Of a DNA stretch of 64,000 nucleotides, positions 61,486 through 64,000 are shown one piece after another. Numbering within the stretch: position 1 is the stretch's first letter; each line of letters begins with the position of its first letter. The notes under the pieces were generated by a model, which saw only the letters and a list, made by a program, of their open reading frames with translations, did not search any database and was not told where the DNA came from. The stretch comes from Chrysomallon squamiferum (lineage: Eukaryota > Animalia > Mollusca). The translations under genes and the position numbers were made by a program. The stretch spans positions 14,570,001 through 14,634,000 of the forward strand of contig CM022674.1 of NCBI GenBank assembly GCA_012295275.1, read 5' to 3'.

Positions 61486-63351
61486 TACACTTTCTACAAC
61501 ATAGCCATTTTTTTAATATAGAATTTTGATATATTCTTTACATATAGTAAATTTTTATACACATTCCTAATACATTCTTTACAATACAGCAGACTTTTAT
61601 ATCTTTGACAATTTGTGTTTATATAATATATCATGTTAACATTGGAGAGAATAATAATTTCCTTGAAAATAATTGTTTTAATTTTTATGAAATTATATAT
61701 TTCAATTTGTTCTTTGTTGAATAAAATTATTGCATTTCTGTGTTTTTTTAGAAGAGAACATGTGATGAGTACATAAATTAATCATTTTAAAAATATATAC
61801 ACTGTTTAATACAAAATTTTTTTTTTTTTTTTTTTTTTTTTTATTTTTTTTGACAAATGGAAATTTTATTTTAAAAAATCATGTTTTTATATGACTTGTT
61901 GACCATTGCTAGCAACAAATGGTGGTGCTATTTACAAAATTTGCTAATTTATGTGATATAATTATGCTGAGGTGTAATAAATTAATATTTGATATATGAA
62001 TTTGAAAAGTTATTTGAGCATAATGGAGGATGAAGTATTATATTATGATTATATTTGTATTTTTTACATTTAAGAAAAAGTAATTGTTTTCAAACACATT
62101 GAAAAATTATAACCATGATTACATTTCAGTTAACTTTACAGTCATTTTCTATTTGGTACATGTTTTAACTTCATCATTCATCACAGGTTAGCTAATTGAG
62201 AGAATAACTTCAATAACTCAACATGGGTCTGTTTTTAAAATGGTTAATTTTAGGGTTAATAACCCGAATATACATAAAAAGGTTTTTGATCAGTTTATAA
62301 AAAAATAATAAAACAAAAACATCAAAGTTGTATTTTGACAACCATACCATTTTCATCTTTATGTGACTATATTAAAATTATGTACCCTTTACTATTTGGT
62401 TTTTGAAAATAAACATTTAAGAATAAATTTAGTTTGCATAATACATGCTTGTCTTTGTTGTTTCTTTTAGTTTTTGTATTTATATTTTGTTTTATTCTTA
62501 TTATACATGCATTATATTTAAAATGTACATGTGAAAACAACACAAAAATACACACTTTGAGGTACAGATATCAGTACATAGCCCGAAATATTTAATCACA
62601 CACAAATAGAAACAAATTTATTATATTACACTCAGATAAATAAATATTAGCTATTAATTATGGAAATGGTAATTAAAAATTATTATTATTATTATTATTA
62701 TTATAGCTACTAGCAATATCAATATATTTCCAGCACGACACATGACCTCTGCTTGTAATTATTTGCTTTGTGTCAGTCTTTATTCTTCATTAGCTCTTTG
62801 TGCTGGAAATTGAGCTTTCCAAATGATGGAGGAATTTACCATTAACAAAATAATAATGTCTGCGTCCATGAATCGTAGATAAACTTTGCGTGATTTGTGA
62901 TAAATCTATATCATTGATATGGCTGAAATTAAAGTAACACCTCTTGGTATGTACATCACAGTAATGACAATTCGTATGCCGTCAAAATCGTCGATCATGA
63001 TTTGTTATTTAATGGTTAAATTTTAATTTTATATTTGAATGAAATTAATCGTTTAATCAATTAATGATTTATCAATTTTAACATTATTTTGATTTTTTGT
63101 TTTTTTTTACTACTGTTAATTTATATTTTCTCGCTAAAAGTAAAAGTAGTATTGTCATGATATTCTTATTTTCCCATAAATAGTATATAACTGATTTAAC
63201 ATTTACATGATTTAGAAACTTACTTAGCAAACGTAATTATAGTGTACTCACAGTACTGTAATGTTTAACTTAATTCTAAATTAAAAAGTTAGATTTTGTT
63301 TGCCAAATTTTTAAAACAGAATTTAAAAAAAAAAATGATATAAATCAAAGC

Positions 63352-63387
<36 letters not shown>

Positions 63388-64000
63388 TTTGACTTGTTTG
63401 TTGGCAACAAGATAAAAAAAAAAAAAAAAAAAAAAAAACATTTCTGATCATTTAATTGTATTATGTAATAAGATTGAATCATAAAAGAAAGGTGTACAAG
63501 TTAATAAAGATTATAATAAAAGATGATTGTTTTAGTATTATCTAATTTATAATTTCATCTCTTTCCTAGGAGCTGGACAAGGTAACAACTTTTTACATTC
63601 ACTTGTGTGTATGTGGGTGGGTGGCTGTGTCTGTGCATGTGTATTTGTGTGTATGTATACCTGTGTATATACATGTGTGTGTGTATTTGTGTGTTCTCAG
63701 AATGGTTTTTGTGTTTTTTTAATTAAACTCTGTGATAATATTTTATCATATTTCTTAATTTAGATTTGTTAGTAGTGTTATTTATTGATGTGTTTGTTGT
63801 ATTTATATGTTAATTAATTTCAGATACACTTTTTAATTTGATACCAAATAAGTTATGAAATAATATTACAGTATTTGTGTTTGTCATAATGATAATGTTG
63901 TGTACATTTTTTCCTCTATCAGTTCGAGAAACTATTTTATTTTAAAATGTTAATCATCTTTGTTAATTTATTTCCAAGGTAAAATATTTTATTTGGACAC

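Noticed and set aside
62790-62922. Minus-strand open stretch after a TTTCAG acceptor (HINDIDLSQITQ...)
   Set aside because: Only ~43 codons, no recognisable homology, and no linked exons identified.

Overview
AT-rich, intron-rich animal genomic DNA, probably an invertebrate such as a mollusc (inferred from composition and gene structure, not proven). The window holds four multi-exon genes arranged as two head-to-head pairs: TMEM107(-)/COPB2(+) and CEP104(-)/DFFB(+). I traced the exons by hand, checking splice phases. The most striking feature is that at least 12 splice sites in COPB2 and CEP104 are amplified into tandem minisatellite arrays whose unit contains the exon end plus the GT donor or AG acceptor, and about 6 more arrays abut exon edges. 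Each true site therefore competes with up to dozens of near-identical decoys. Other points of note: a U12-type minor intron in TMEM107, an 83-bp frameshifting exonic duplication in CEP104 that could be a nascent intron, a candidate ~164-186 aa extra CEP104 exon with DDPY(W/L)xP repeats and an RVxF motif, a GC-AG intron in COPB2, microexons, human-like CEP104-DFFB divergent synteny, and several small transposon remnants. Copy numbers are manual estimates. Human comparisons are from recall, not from searches.
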